Assembly (NCBI GenBank): GCA_016763135.1
Contig: JAESUI010000045.1
Span: 1 to 32,915, forward strand
From: Flavobacteriales bacterium
GTDB lineage: Bacteria; Bacteroidota; Bacteroidia; Flavobacteriales_E; Vicingaceae
Length of the DNA: 32,915 bases
Reading direction: 5' to 3'
Of the stretch, positions 24,898-32,915 are shown piece after piece. Position numbers and translations under genes: made by a program. The stretch's first letter is position 1, and each line of letters opens with the position of its first letter. The notes beneath the pieces were generated by a model. That model saw only the letters and a program-made list of their open reading frames with translations. It searched no databases and was not told the DNA's origin.

Positions 24898-25788
24898 ATG
24901 GCGTTTATAGATTATTATAAAACATTAGGAATTGCAAAAACAGCAACGGATAAAGAGATAAAAAAAGCCTACCGAAAGTTAGCACGAAAATATCATCCAG
25001 ATGTAAATCCTAATGACGAAACGGCTAAGAAAAAGTTTCAGGAAGTTAATGAAGCCAACGAAGTATTAAGTAACGCTGAAAATCGTAAAAAATACGATAA
25101 GTATGGTAAAGATTGGAAGCATGCTGAAGAGTTTGAAAAACAAAGACAACAACAAGGTAATCAACAACAATATTATCAAGGTCAAGGAGGCGGCTTTTCA
25201 GAAAGTGATTATTCCGATTTTTTTGAATCCATGTTTAGTGGAGGAATGGGAGGAAGATCCAGAGGAGGAAGCGTTAAATTTAAAGGACAAGATTTTAATG
25301 CCGAATTGCATCTTAATTTAAAGGATGTATATAAAACTCATAAAAGGACATTAACCATTAATGGCAAAAATATCCGTTTAACCATTCCTGCTGGTGTAAA
25401 AAATGGTCAAGTCATTAAAATTAAAGGACATGGCGGTCCAGGAGTAAATGGTGGTCCAAAGGGGAATTTACACATTAAATTTTCTATTGCAAATCACACA
25501 AATTTTAAACGAGACAAAAATAATTTATATGCTACAGTTGATTTAGCTATGTATAAAGCTATTTTAGGTGGTGATATTACTGTTGACACTTTTAATGGAA
25601 AAGTAAAACTTAAAATAAAGGCAGAAACTCAAAACGAAACGAAAGTTAAATTAAAAGGAAAAGGTTTTCCTGTATATAAGAAAGAAGGTCAGTTTGGAGA
25701 TTTATACATTACCTATAAAATTAAAACACCAACTAACTTAACCGACAAAGAAAAAGAATTGTTTGAAGAATTAGCTAAATTGAGATAA
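24898..25788 (+). CDS. cbpA: DnaJ-class co-chaperone lacking the zinc finger (CbpA type)
   Basis: J domain (DYYKTLGIAKTATDKEIKKAYRKLARKYHPDVNP), a G/F/Q-rich linker and DnaJ C-terminal domains, with no CxxCxGxG repeats. Confidence 0.9.
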   Translation: MAFIDYYKTLGIAKTATDKEIKKAYRKLARKYHPDVNPNDETAKKKFQEVNEANEVLSNAENRKKYDKYGKDWKHAEEFEKQRQQQGNQQQYYQGQGGGFSESDYSDFFESMFSGGMGGRSRGGSVKFKGQDFNAELHLNLKDVYKTHKRTLTINGKNIRLTIPAGVKNGQVIKIKGHGGPGVNGGPKGNLHIKFSIANHTNFKRDKNNLYATVDLAMYKAILGGDITVDTFNGKVKLKIKAETQNETKVKLKGKGFPVYKKEGQFGDLYITYKIKTPTNLTDKEKELFEELAKLR

Positions 25789-25790
25789 AT

Positions 25791-26087
25791 ATGGAAAATC
25801 AAGAATACATTCCTATCCACCAACTTTGTACAACCTATCAAGTTGAAATTACCTTTTTTAATGAACTTAATGAAGTTGGGCTGATTGAGATTACAACCAT
25901 AGCAGAAAAACAATGTCTCCATCAAGATAATATTAGTGATGTAGAAAAGATGATACGAATGCATCTCGATCTGGAAGTAAATATACAAGGTATTGATGTC
26001 GTTTTCAACTTACTTCAAAAAGTAGATAAATTACAAGAAAAATTAATCGCCACTGAAAACAGGTTAAGAATTTATGAAAATGATTAG
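25791..26087 (+). CDS. cbpM: chaperone modulator CbpM-like (MerR-like HTH) protein
   Basis: 98 aa, directly downstream of cbpA with a 2-nt spacer. It ends in a coiled-coil tail (KVDKLQEKLIATENRLRIYE). Confidence 0.7.
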   Translation: MENQEYIPIHQLCTTYQVEITFFNELNEVGLIEITTIAEKQCLHQDNISDVEKMIRMHLDLEVNIQGIDVVFNLLQKVDKLQEKLIATENRLRIYEND

Positions 26088-26512
26088 TAAAATATTAATA
26101 GCAATAGATGGTAGTGACTCTGCCAAAAAATGCAGTAGAATATGCCATTCAATTAGCTAAAGAAGTGAATGCCGAAGTAGAAATTATTTATGTAGTAAGA
26201 TATGCTATTGGTGCAGTTGATGCAGGAGTATTACCAATAGACATTGAAGTCCATGAAAAAGAATTATCCATTGGGTTAATTGAAAAAATTAAAGAGAAAC
26301 ATCCAAACATAAAAATCAACGATTTTGAAACCATTGGCTATCCAACTGAAGAAATAAATAAAGCTATTCAAAAATGGGATGCTGATATACTTATTATTGG
26401 GCATCACACTCATAATTTTATTGAGCGAATATTAATAAGTAGCGTAGAAAACAAGTTATTGAAACATCTTCACTTACCTTTATTGATAATTCCCGAAAAT
26501 TATAAATGTTAA
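26074..26512 (+). pseudogene. universal stress protein (UspA family) with a 1-nt frameshift in an A6 run
   Basis: MKMISKILIAIDGSDSAK (start 26074) shifts frame at A6 26125-26130 into NAVEYAIQLAKEVNAEVEIIYVV...ADILIIGHHTHNFIERILISSVENKLLKHLHLPLLIIP (track ORF 26108..26512). Confidence 0.8.
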
Positions 26513-27819
26513 AAAAGCTTACACGAAAAAGGAAGAAAGAACTCGGACTTGCAGAACTAATTGCTATTGCATTAGGTGGTATGGTTGGTGGTGGTATATT
26601 TGCTATTCTGGGTATTTCTGTAGAACATATTGGAAACGCAACACCTATAGCATTTCTTATAGGTGGTCTTTTAGCTTTTTTTGCTGCATACTCTTATGTT
26701 AAATTAGCTCTACTTTATAAAGATGAAGGAGCTACTTATTCATTCTTTAAAAAAACTTTTCCAAATTCTAAATTTGCTTCATCTGCAATAGGTTGGTTAG
26801 TAGTATTTGGATACATAAGCACATTAGCGTTATATGCGTTTACTTTTTCTACTTATTTGTGTAGTGTATTGCCATTTGAAAATTCTTATTGGCTCAATAA
26901 AATTGTTGCAGGCTTAATCATTTTATTTTTTTCTATTATTAATCTTACTAGCGTAAAGGGGATGGGAAGACTAGAAGATTGGATGGTTTATACTAAGCTT
27001 GTTTTATTGCTTTTTATAGCAGGACTATTAGCAGGAAAAGGAGAGGTAGAAAACTTCACTCCAATATTTGAGAGCAACTCTTCTCTTATCAGTATCTTAA
27101 TTATTTCTTCTATCACTTTTGTTGCTTTTGAAGGATTTCAATTGGTAATTCATGCTTACAATGAAATGGATAATCCTCAAAAAAACATTCCTAGAGCAAT
27201 CTATAGTTCCATTGGGATTGCAACTTTTTTATATGTAGTCTTGGCAATTGGAGCATTAGCGACTATTCCGAAAGAACTTATTATTCAAGATAAAGAATAT
27301 GCATTGGCAGCTGGAGCTGAACAAATATTAGGGAAGGTAGGTATGTTTACTGTTATTTTTGCCGCTCTACTTGCCACTTCAAGTGCTATTAACGGAACGT
27401 TATTTGGAGCATCCAGGTTAATTGCAGTTATTGCCACTGATGGGTATTTACCAAATAAGTTGTCAAATAGAATTAAAGTCCATATTCCCAATTATGCTAT
27501 CATTACTATGAGCATTTTGTCCTTTGTATTAATATTGAGTGGAGGATTACAAATTATATTGGAGTTTGGAAGTATCACATTTATTATTGTTTCATTTTTA
27601 ATAGCTTATGCTAATTTCATAAAACGGAATGAAACTAAAACTCATATTGCTATTGCATTAATTGCAATGATTGGACTTTTTATAGCGGGAGGGATAATCT
27701 TTTATTTTGAGTATACAGAAAACCCCAAACAATTAATTTACATTTTTAGCATCTATTTTATTCTCATATTAGGTAGCTGGTTGTATTCTAAAAACAAAGC
27801 CAAAAATGAGTTGCTATAA
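26506..27819 (+). CDS. APC-superfamily amino acid/polyamine permease
   Basis: 437 aa with ~12 TM helices. The N-terminal motif is IAIALGGMVGGGIFAILG. Confidence 0.85.
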   Translation: MLKKLTRKRKKELGLAELIAIALGGMVGGGIFAILGISVEHIGNATPIAFLIGGLLAFFAAYSYVKLALLYKDEGATYSFFKKTFPNSKFASSAIGWLVVFGYISTLALYAFTFSTYLCSVLPFENSYWLNKIVAGLIILFFSIINLTSVKGMGRLEDWMVYTKLVLLLFIAGLLAGKGEVENFTPIFESNSSLISILIISSITFVAFEGFQLVIHAYNEMDNPQKNIPRAIYSSIGIATFLYVVLAIGALATIPKELIIQDKEYALAAGAEQILGKVGMFTVIFAALLATSSAINGTLFGASRLIAVIATDGYLPNKLSNRIKVHIPNYAIITMSILSFVLILSGGLQIILEFGSITFIIVSFLIAYANFIKRNETKTHIAIALIAMIGLFIAGGIIFYFEYTENPKQLIYIFSIYFILILGSWLYSKNKAKNELL

Positions 27820-27896
27820 GATCGGAATAAAAATTTAGAAATAGCCTCAAATCACTATAAACCATTTCCCAATGTACCTATTTCTTAGTTGGTAAA

Positions 27897-28169
27897 TTAA
27901 TTTTTGTGAATCTGGTTTTTACAATTTCCTTTGTGGGCCATATAGCCATATCCTTTGTTAACTCCTTCAGACTCGTGAAACAAGACATATTCACAAGAGT
28001 CAATGATTATTACTTTAATATCTTCATTTACTTTTAGAGAGTCCGTTGTCAAAATATTATACTCAACATAATCTAATTTCTGTTCATCTTTCATTTCCTG
28101 ACAACCAATCAATAGAATAATGCTTGAAAAAAAAAGGAAAATCAATCTATAGTTGGCACTTATTTTCAT
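27897..28169 (-). CDS. small lipoprotein, unknown function
   Basis: Signal peptide with lipobox (LLIGC), 90 aa. Confidence 0.5.
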   Translation of the reverse strand: MKISANYRLIFLFFSSIILLIGCQEMKDEQKLDYVEYNILTTDSLKVNEDIKVIIIDSCEYVLFHESEGVNKGYGYMAHKGNCKNQIHKN

Positions 28170-28437
28170 AAAAATCAGTTTTACACAAATTTACGAATTT
28201 GTATTTAATTGATAGGTTGATGATCCTGATTACTTCTTAGTGTAAGGCTTCTATAGCTGAGCTTATCATCTTTACTTTTTTAATTATTTCTGAGAAGAGA
28301 TAAAACAACATTTATTAATAAATGGATGATGCTTTAATGAGATGTATAATAGCAAAGATCAGATGGTTTTTGGAGATTCCCATAACCCTGTAATCATAAA
28401 TAACATTAAATTCAATAAACTATGTTAAGTAGAAGAT

Positions 28438-29014
28438 TTAGAGACTCAAATAAACATCTTGTATCTGTTCCTGTGTTATACCTAAATACCTTTGAGTTAT
28501 TGCTAAACTGGAGTGAGAAAACACTAGCGAAAGCATAATTAAACTACTCTCGCTTTTATCGTTAACTTCATAAACTCGTTTGCCAAATGTTTTTCGTAAA
28601 GTATGGCTACTTGGATTGTCTGTTTTTACTCGGTATTTTCCAAATATCCATTTTAGCCTTCTATTAATATATTGTATCGATATCCTTTTTCGTTTTCTAT
28701 TTGTAAAAATGTAGTTATCCAATTCCTGCTCTTGTTTTTTATTGTTCCAAGCTAATAAAATGTTTTCTTGGCATTGATCATTTATTGAAATAAAACGGAT
28801 GTTTCCTGTTTTCTTTTCTCTTAGTTGAAGTTTTATCTAAAAGATCATTCCATTTAAGATTTAAAATATCCGATCCTCTCAAACCTAAATAACTTCCAAT
28901 AGTAATTAATAGAAATTCTTACCAGTATTTATCTTTTTTTAATTGTGTTAGTAGTCCAATCATTTCATTCCATTCCAGACCACTGCATATAGTTTTACTT
29001 CCTTTAACGCTCAT
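28438..29014 (-). pseudogene. small tyrosine recombinase/integrase, disrupted (one in-frame TAA plus one A-run frameshift)
   Basis: The frame from ATG 29014 reads MSVKGSKTICSGLEWNEMIGLLTQLKKDKYW*EFLLITIGSYLGLRGSDILNLKWNDLLDK, with TAA at 28919-28921. After A-run 28831-28834 the +1 frame continues LQLREKKTGNIRFISINDQ...HTLRKTFG...FSHSSLAITQRYL. The catalytic R..HxxR..H..Y residues are recognisable. Confidence 0.8.
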
Positions 29015-29367
29015 AAGTGTTTTGGTTAAAGTAATAAATACCGTGATCCCTTGTTTCACTTATATACCTTATTTTACATTACTGAAACAGAAGTTCAACA
29101 GCGATTATTCTAACTGATTAACGGAGTGTATTTTGTGGCACTTTGTTTCACTGTCCTCAAAATATTAGTTCAAAATTCATAGGAAAAGAGTAGTAACTCG
29201 GTTCTGTCGCATTAATTTAGTTATAGTTAAAGACACTACTTTTGAATACAAAATTTAGAATCATGCTCAAGCACCATCATTATCCAAAAGCAATTATTTT
29301 ACTAGCCATCTTTTCATTTGTAAACACTATTTCTTGATAATGGTCTGCTGTTGCGTAATTTAGCGAT

Positions 29368-30048
29368 ATGAAAATACTCCTTATAGAAGACGAATTAAGT
29401 GTGTCTTCCTTTATTAAAAGGGGGTTAGAAGAACAAGGAAATAATGTAGTTCAAGCATTTGATGGAATCACTGGATTGAAGTTAGCGTTTCAAGATGAAT
29501 TTGATGTGATAATTCTGGATGTTGTGATGCCTGGAATGAATGGTATTGAGGTCTGCGACCAATTAAAAAACAAACGTATGACTGATACTCCCATACTCAT
29601 GTTAACAGCACTTGGAACAACAGATGATATTGTTACTGGGCTTGAGACAGGAGCAGACGATTATTTAACCAAACCCTTTAAATTTAAAGAACTCCTTGCT
29701 CGTATTAATGCACTGGTAAGAAGAGGAACAGTAAGTGATGAAAATGAAGCTTTAGTATTAAAAGTTCAAGACCTAAACATGAATCTAAAATCCAAAGAAG
29801 TTTACAGAGGTAGTACCGAAATTGTTCTTACTGCGAGAGAATTTAGATTATTGGAGTACCTATTGAAAAATAAGAATAGGGTTGTTTCACGAACTGATAT
29901 TCTTGAAAATGTTTGGGAGGTAAATTTTGATCTTGGGACGAATGTGATTGATGTTTATATCAATTATTTGCGCAAGAAAATTGAACATGGATTTTCATCC
30001 AAAATTATTAAAACGGTCATTGGAATGGGTTACGTCATTAAAGAATAA
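29368..30048 (+). CDS. OmpR-family response regulator
   Basis: KILLIEDE, VIILDVVMPGMNG, TKPFKFKELLARINALVRR, and a winged helix (VIDVYINYLRKKIE, VIGMGYVI). Confidence 0.93.
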   Translation: MKILLIEDELSVSSFIKRGLEEQGNNVVQAFDGITGLKLAFQDEFDVIILDVVMPGMNGIEVCDQLKNKRMTDTPILMLTALGTTDDIVTGLETGADDYLTKPFKFKELLARINALVRRGTVSDENEALVLKVQDLNMNLKSKEVYRGSTEIVLTAREFRLLEYLLKNKNRVVSRTDILENVWEVNFDLGTNVIDVYINYLRKKIEHGFSSKIIKTVIGMGYVIKE

Positions 30049-30051
30049 CAA

Positions 30052-31404
30052 ATGAAGATCAGTACTCGTTTACCCATTACCTTTTCCATCATTGCAAGTG
30101 CTATTTTCATAGCATTTGGGCTTACGGTTTATTTATTCTCTTCAAATTATCGAAAACATGATTTTCAAGAAAGATTAAAAGAAAGAGTAGTGATTACTGA
30201 AAAGATATTTTTAGAGAAAGAATCTTTTAGTGCACCTGAGCTTAAAAAAATAACGAATCAATTTCTCCATACATTGCCAAAGGAAACAGAAGAGGTGGTA
30301 GAGATTAATGATAATGTGGTGCCTATCTTTAAATATGAATATCCCAAAGAGGCAAAAGGGAAGCTAACATTAAGTAATGCTTTTAGTTTTGAAGATTCTG
30401 AGATTCAGGGTGAAAGTAGAATATTTAATGTAAAAGGGAAAAATTATCTAATAATTGTTACGGCAGTTGATCAAGTTGGCTTGCAAAACCTATCTTTCTT
30501 GAAGAACATTATAATTATATTGGTATTAATAGGGGTCCCCTTAATTTTCTTAGTTAGCTTCTTTATGGCTAGGAGGGCCTTACTTCCCATTTCAAAGAAG
30601 ATTAATAAGGCAAATACGATAAGTGCTACGAATTTGCATCAACGGTTAATTGTTCACAATTCGAATGATGAAATAGGGGAAATGGCCATCGCATTTAACA
30701 AATTGCTGGATAGACTAGAAGCTTCTTTTGAAGCACAAAAAGCCTTCATTCGGAATGCCTCACATGAAATTAGAAATCCATTGACGGCCATAATGGGGGA
30801 AGCTGAAATAATCAATAGTAAGGTACGAACAACAGAAGAATACCAGAAATCAATAAGTACTATACTTTCTGAAGCTGAGACTTTGAATTCAACGATGAAT
30901 AACCTTCTTCAGTTATCCAAAGTTGACGCTAATGAAGGAAATATTAATTATGAAACGATTCATTTTAATGACCTTTTGATTAAAATAAAGGAAAGCTTTG
31001 ATTTTCTAAATCCTAAGAATCAAATAGTACTAAATATAGAAAATGGAGGAACTATTTATTCAATTTCAGGGAACAAGAACCTATTAAAAACGGCCATTCT
31101 TAACTTATTTGATAATGCGTGCAAATTTTCTTCTAATGATGAGGTTGAGGTTGTATTGAAGAAAGATAAGAATTGGTTAATCTTAACCATAAAGGACACT
31201 GGGATTGGTATTGAAAAGAATGATATTGAAAAAATTCTTACTCCTTTTTACAGGGGGAATAATGTAATAAACATTAAAGGTTCAGGGATTGGATTGGCAC
31301 TTAGCTCCAAGATAATAAGTCTTCACCAAGGTGTTATTAAAATAAATTCCCACATTGGAAATGGCACAGAGGTTCAGGTAATACTTCCTGCGATTTTAAG
31401 TTAA
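30052..31404 (+). CDS. sensor histidine kinase (2 TM, HAMP, HisKA, HATPase_c)
   Basis: H-box FIRNASHEIRNPLTAI, N-box LFDNACKFS, G1 IKDTGIGI, G2 GSGIGLALS. Confidence 0.93.
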   Translation: MKISTRLPITFSIIASAIFIAFGLTVYLFSSNYRKHDFQERLKERVVITEKIFLEKESFSAPELKKITNQFLHTLPKETEEVVEINDNVVPIFKYEYPKEAKGKLTLSNAFSFEDSEIQGESRIFNVKGKNYLIIVTAVDQVGLQNLSFLKNIIIILVLIGVPLIFLVSFFMARRALLPISKKINKANTISATNLHQRLIVHNSNDEIGEMAIAFNKLLDRLEASFEAQKAFIRNASHEIRNPLTAIMGEAEIINSKVRTTEEYQKSISTILSEAETLNSTMNNLLQLSKVDANEGNINYETIHFNDLLIKIKESFDFLNPKNQIVLNIENGGTIYSISGNKNLLKTAILNLFDNACKFSSNDEVEVVLKKDKNWLILTIKDTGIGIEKNDIEKILTPFYRGNNVINIKGSGIGLALSSKIISLHQGVIKINSHIGNGTEVQVILPAILS

Positions 31405-31495
31405 CCTTCAAATTCTAATCTCATTTTAATGTTGGTCTAATTTCGTTTTAATCTTCCCATTCTACTTTCGCAGATATATTAAATTATCTGATAGA

Positions 31496-32915
31496 ATGGA
31501 AGGTTCAACAACAAGCAACAACAAAGGATTATTTTCAAGTTTAAAACAAGATTTACCAGCAAGCGTGGTCGTGTTTTTTGTAGCACTGCCCTTATGTTTA
31601 GGAATAGCACTAGCATCTGGAGCGCCCTTGTTTTCAGGATTAATCGCAGGAATAATTGGAGGTGTCATAGTAGGGGCGTTAAGTGGCTCAACTCTGGGAG
31701 TTAGTGGTCCTGCTGCTGGTTTAGCAGTAATTGTATTAACTGCTATTCAAGACTTGGGAGCTTTCGATATTTTCTTAGTTGCTGTTGTGTTGGCTGGGAT
31801 TATACAGTTAATAATGGGGTTTGCTAAGGGTGGAATTATCGCTTATTTCTTTCCATCGTCTGTTATCTTCGGAATGCTTTCAGGTATAGGAATTATCATC
31901 TTTATTAAACAAATACCACATGCCCTTGGGTATGACAAAGACCCCGAAGGAGATTTTGAGTTTATGCAAGTTGATGGACAAAATACATTTTCTGAATTGT
32001 TTAATATGATAGAATATATAAGTCCTGGAGCTTTAATTATTGCTGTCGTATCTCTTGGTATTTTGCTCTTGTGGGAAACTAAAATGATAAAAAAGTTTTA
32101 AATTTTCCAGTTAATACAAGGACCTTTAGTGGCAGTAGCAACAGGAATTGCACTTAATTTTGTTTTTGCAAATAAAGCAGGATACATGCTTAATAGCGAA
32201 CAAATAGTAAACGTTCCTATCCCTGGTAATATGAATGAGTTTATTGCCAATTTTACCTTCCCTGATTTTACGGCACTTACTAATCCTGCAGTTTATGTAA
32301 CGGCAATAGTAATTGCAATTGTAGCGAGTTTAGAAACCTTACTGTGTGTAGAGGCAACAGATAAACAAGATCCACACAAAAGAATTACACCAACCAATAG
32401 AGAGTTAAAAGCTCAGGGTGTTGGTAATATTTTATCAGGGTTAATAGGAGGTTTACCTATTACGCAAGTAATTGTTCGAAGTTCTGCTAATATGCAAGCT
32501 GGAGGAAAAACAAAAATATCAGCTATTGTTCATGGAGGGCTGTTGCTAGTAAGTGTAATGTTTATTCCTAACATTTTAAATATGATTCCATTAGCAACTC
32601 TTGCTGCTATTTTATTTGTGGTGGGGTATAAATTAGCCAAACCCTCTGTTTTTAAAAAAATGTACTCCCAAGGAATGGGACAATTTATTCCTTTCGTTAT
32701 TACCATTTTAGGGATTGTTTTTATTGATCTTTTGTGGGGATTAGGAATTGGGTTAGTAGTTGCTGTTTTTATTATTCTTAAAAACAATTACGCCATTCCT
32801 TATAAATTGAAAGAGGAAGAGCTAGAAGGGAAAAAGAAAATCACTATTGAATTGGCTCAGGAAGTTACTTTTTTAAATAAAGCAAGCATCTTAAAATCAT
32901 TAGATCGAATTCCTG
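31496..32915 (+). pseudogene. second SulP-family anion transporter, interrupted by one in-frame TAA (3' end beyond window)
   Basis: [30 protein letters not shown] ...TKMIKKF*IFQLIQGPLVAVATGIALN...GGLPITQVIVRSSANMQAGGKTK... The same frame is open on both sides of TAA 32099-32101 through to 32915. Confidence 0.85.

Noticed and set aside
29263-29337. Short frame MLKHHHYPKAIILLAIFSFVNTIS resembling an IS6-type transposase N-terminus
   Set aside because: Only about 10 residues are similar and there is no continuation in any frame. That is too little to call a feature, so I mention it only as context for the integrase relic.
3816-32787. Other antisense track ORFs: 3816-4037, 4885-5193, 5221-5616, 5722-5910, 7078-7350, 11665-11889, 11890-12114, 13226-13510, 14330-14593, 18663-18929, 20542-20790, 25103-25321, 25713-25988, 27285-27491, 31462-31668, 32530-32787
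   Set aside because: Each lies entirely inside, or mostly overlaps, a longer ORF on the other strand or frame that has clear family motifs. Their compositions are typical of shadow frames.
1-32915. CRISPR arrays, rRNA/tRNA genes, recognisable defence systems (restriction, toxin-antitoxin, Cas, abortive infection)
   Set aside because: I looked for regularly spaced direct repeats, G/C-rich RNA-gene islands and nuclease/ATPase-type ORFs and found none. The only G/C-rich non-coding island is the IS110 flank.

Overview
This is a clearly AT-rich chromosomal segment. From its protein families, very short gene spacers and TAnnTTTG-type promoter boxes I infer a Bacteroidota/Flavobacteriia genome. I support about 37 genes and found no rRNA, tRNA or CRISPR array. 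The main feature is a long, tightly packed minus-strand array (19001 down to 7935). It joins a DabA/DabB (DUF2309 plus NuoL-like) inorganic-carbon pump to a SulP anion transporter with an unexplained C-terminal domain, an NhaD Na+/H+ antiporter and a half-size degenerate beta-carbonic-anhydrase-like protein. The array ends in an outer-membrane barrel / methyltransferase / acyl-carrier-protein / 22-aa sORF / PAP2 module. A Can-type beta-CA, translationally coupled to a second 161-aa CA-like paralog (6814-7934), and a divergent Crp/Fnr regulator (19506-20198) flank the array. Other content:
- ECF sigma factor plus putative anti-sigma factor.
- An IS110-family insertion sequence whose 5' non-coding flank is unusually G/C-rich and strongly structured (candidate bridge RNA).
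- A phosphate module: Na/Pi cotransporter plus a PhoB-like regulator.
- A stress cluster: sigma-like protein plus STAS-like protein, TerB-like protein, glycine-zipper protein, cbpA-cbpM, usp and an APC permease.
- A degraded integrase followed by a two-component system and a second SulP gene.
Gene lesions are unusually dense: three in-frame stop codons and four single-base frameshifts, all in A-runs. They indicate either a homopolymer-error-prone assembly or real gene decay. All functional calls come from motif recognition by eye; no database search was run.
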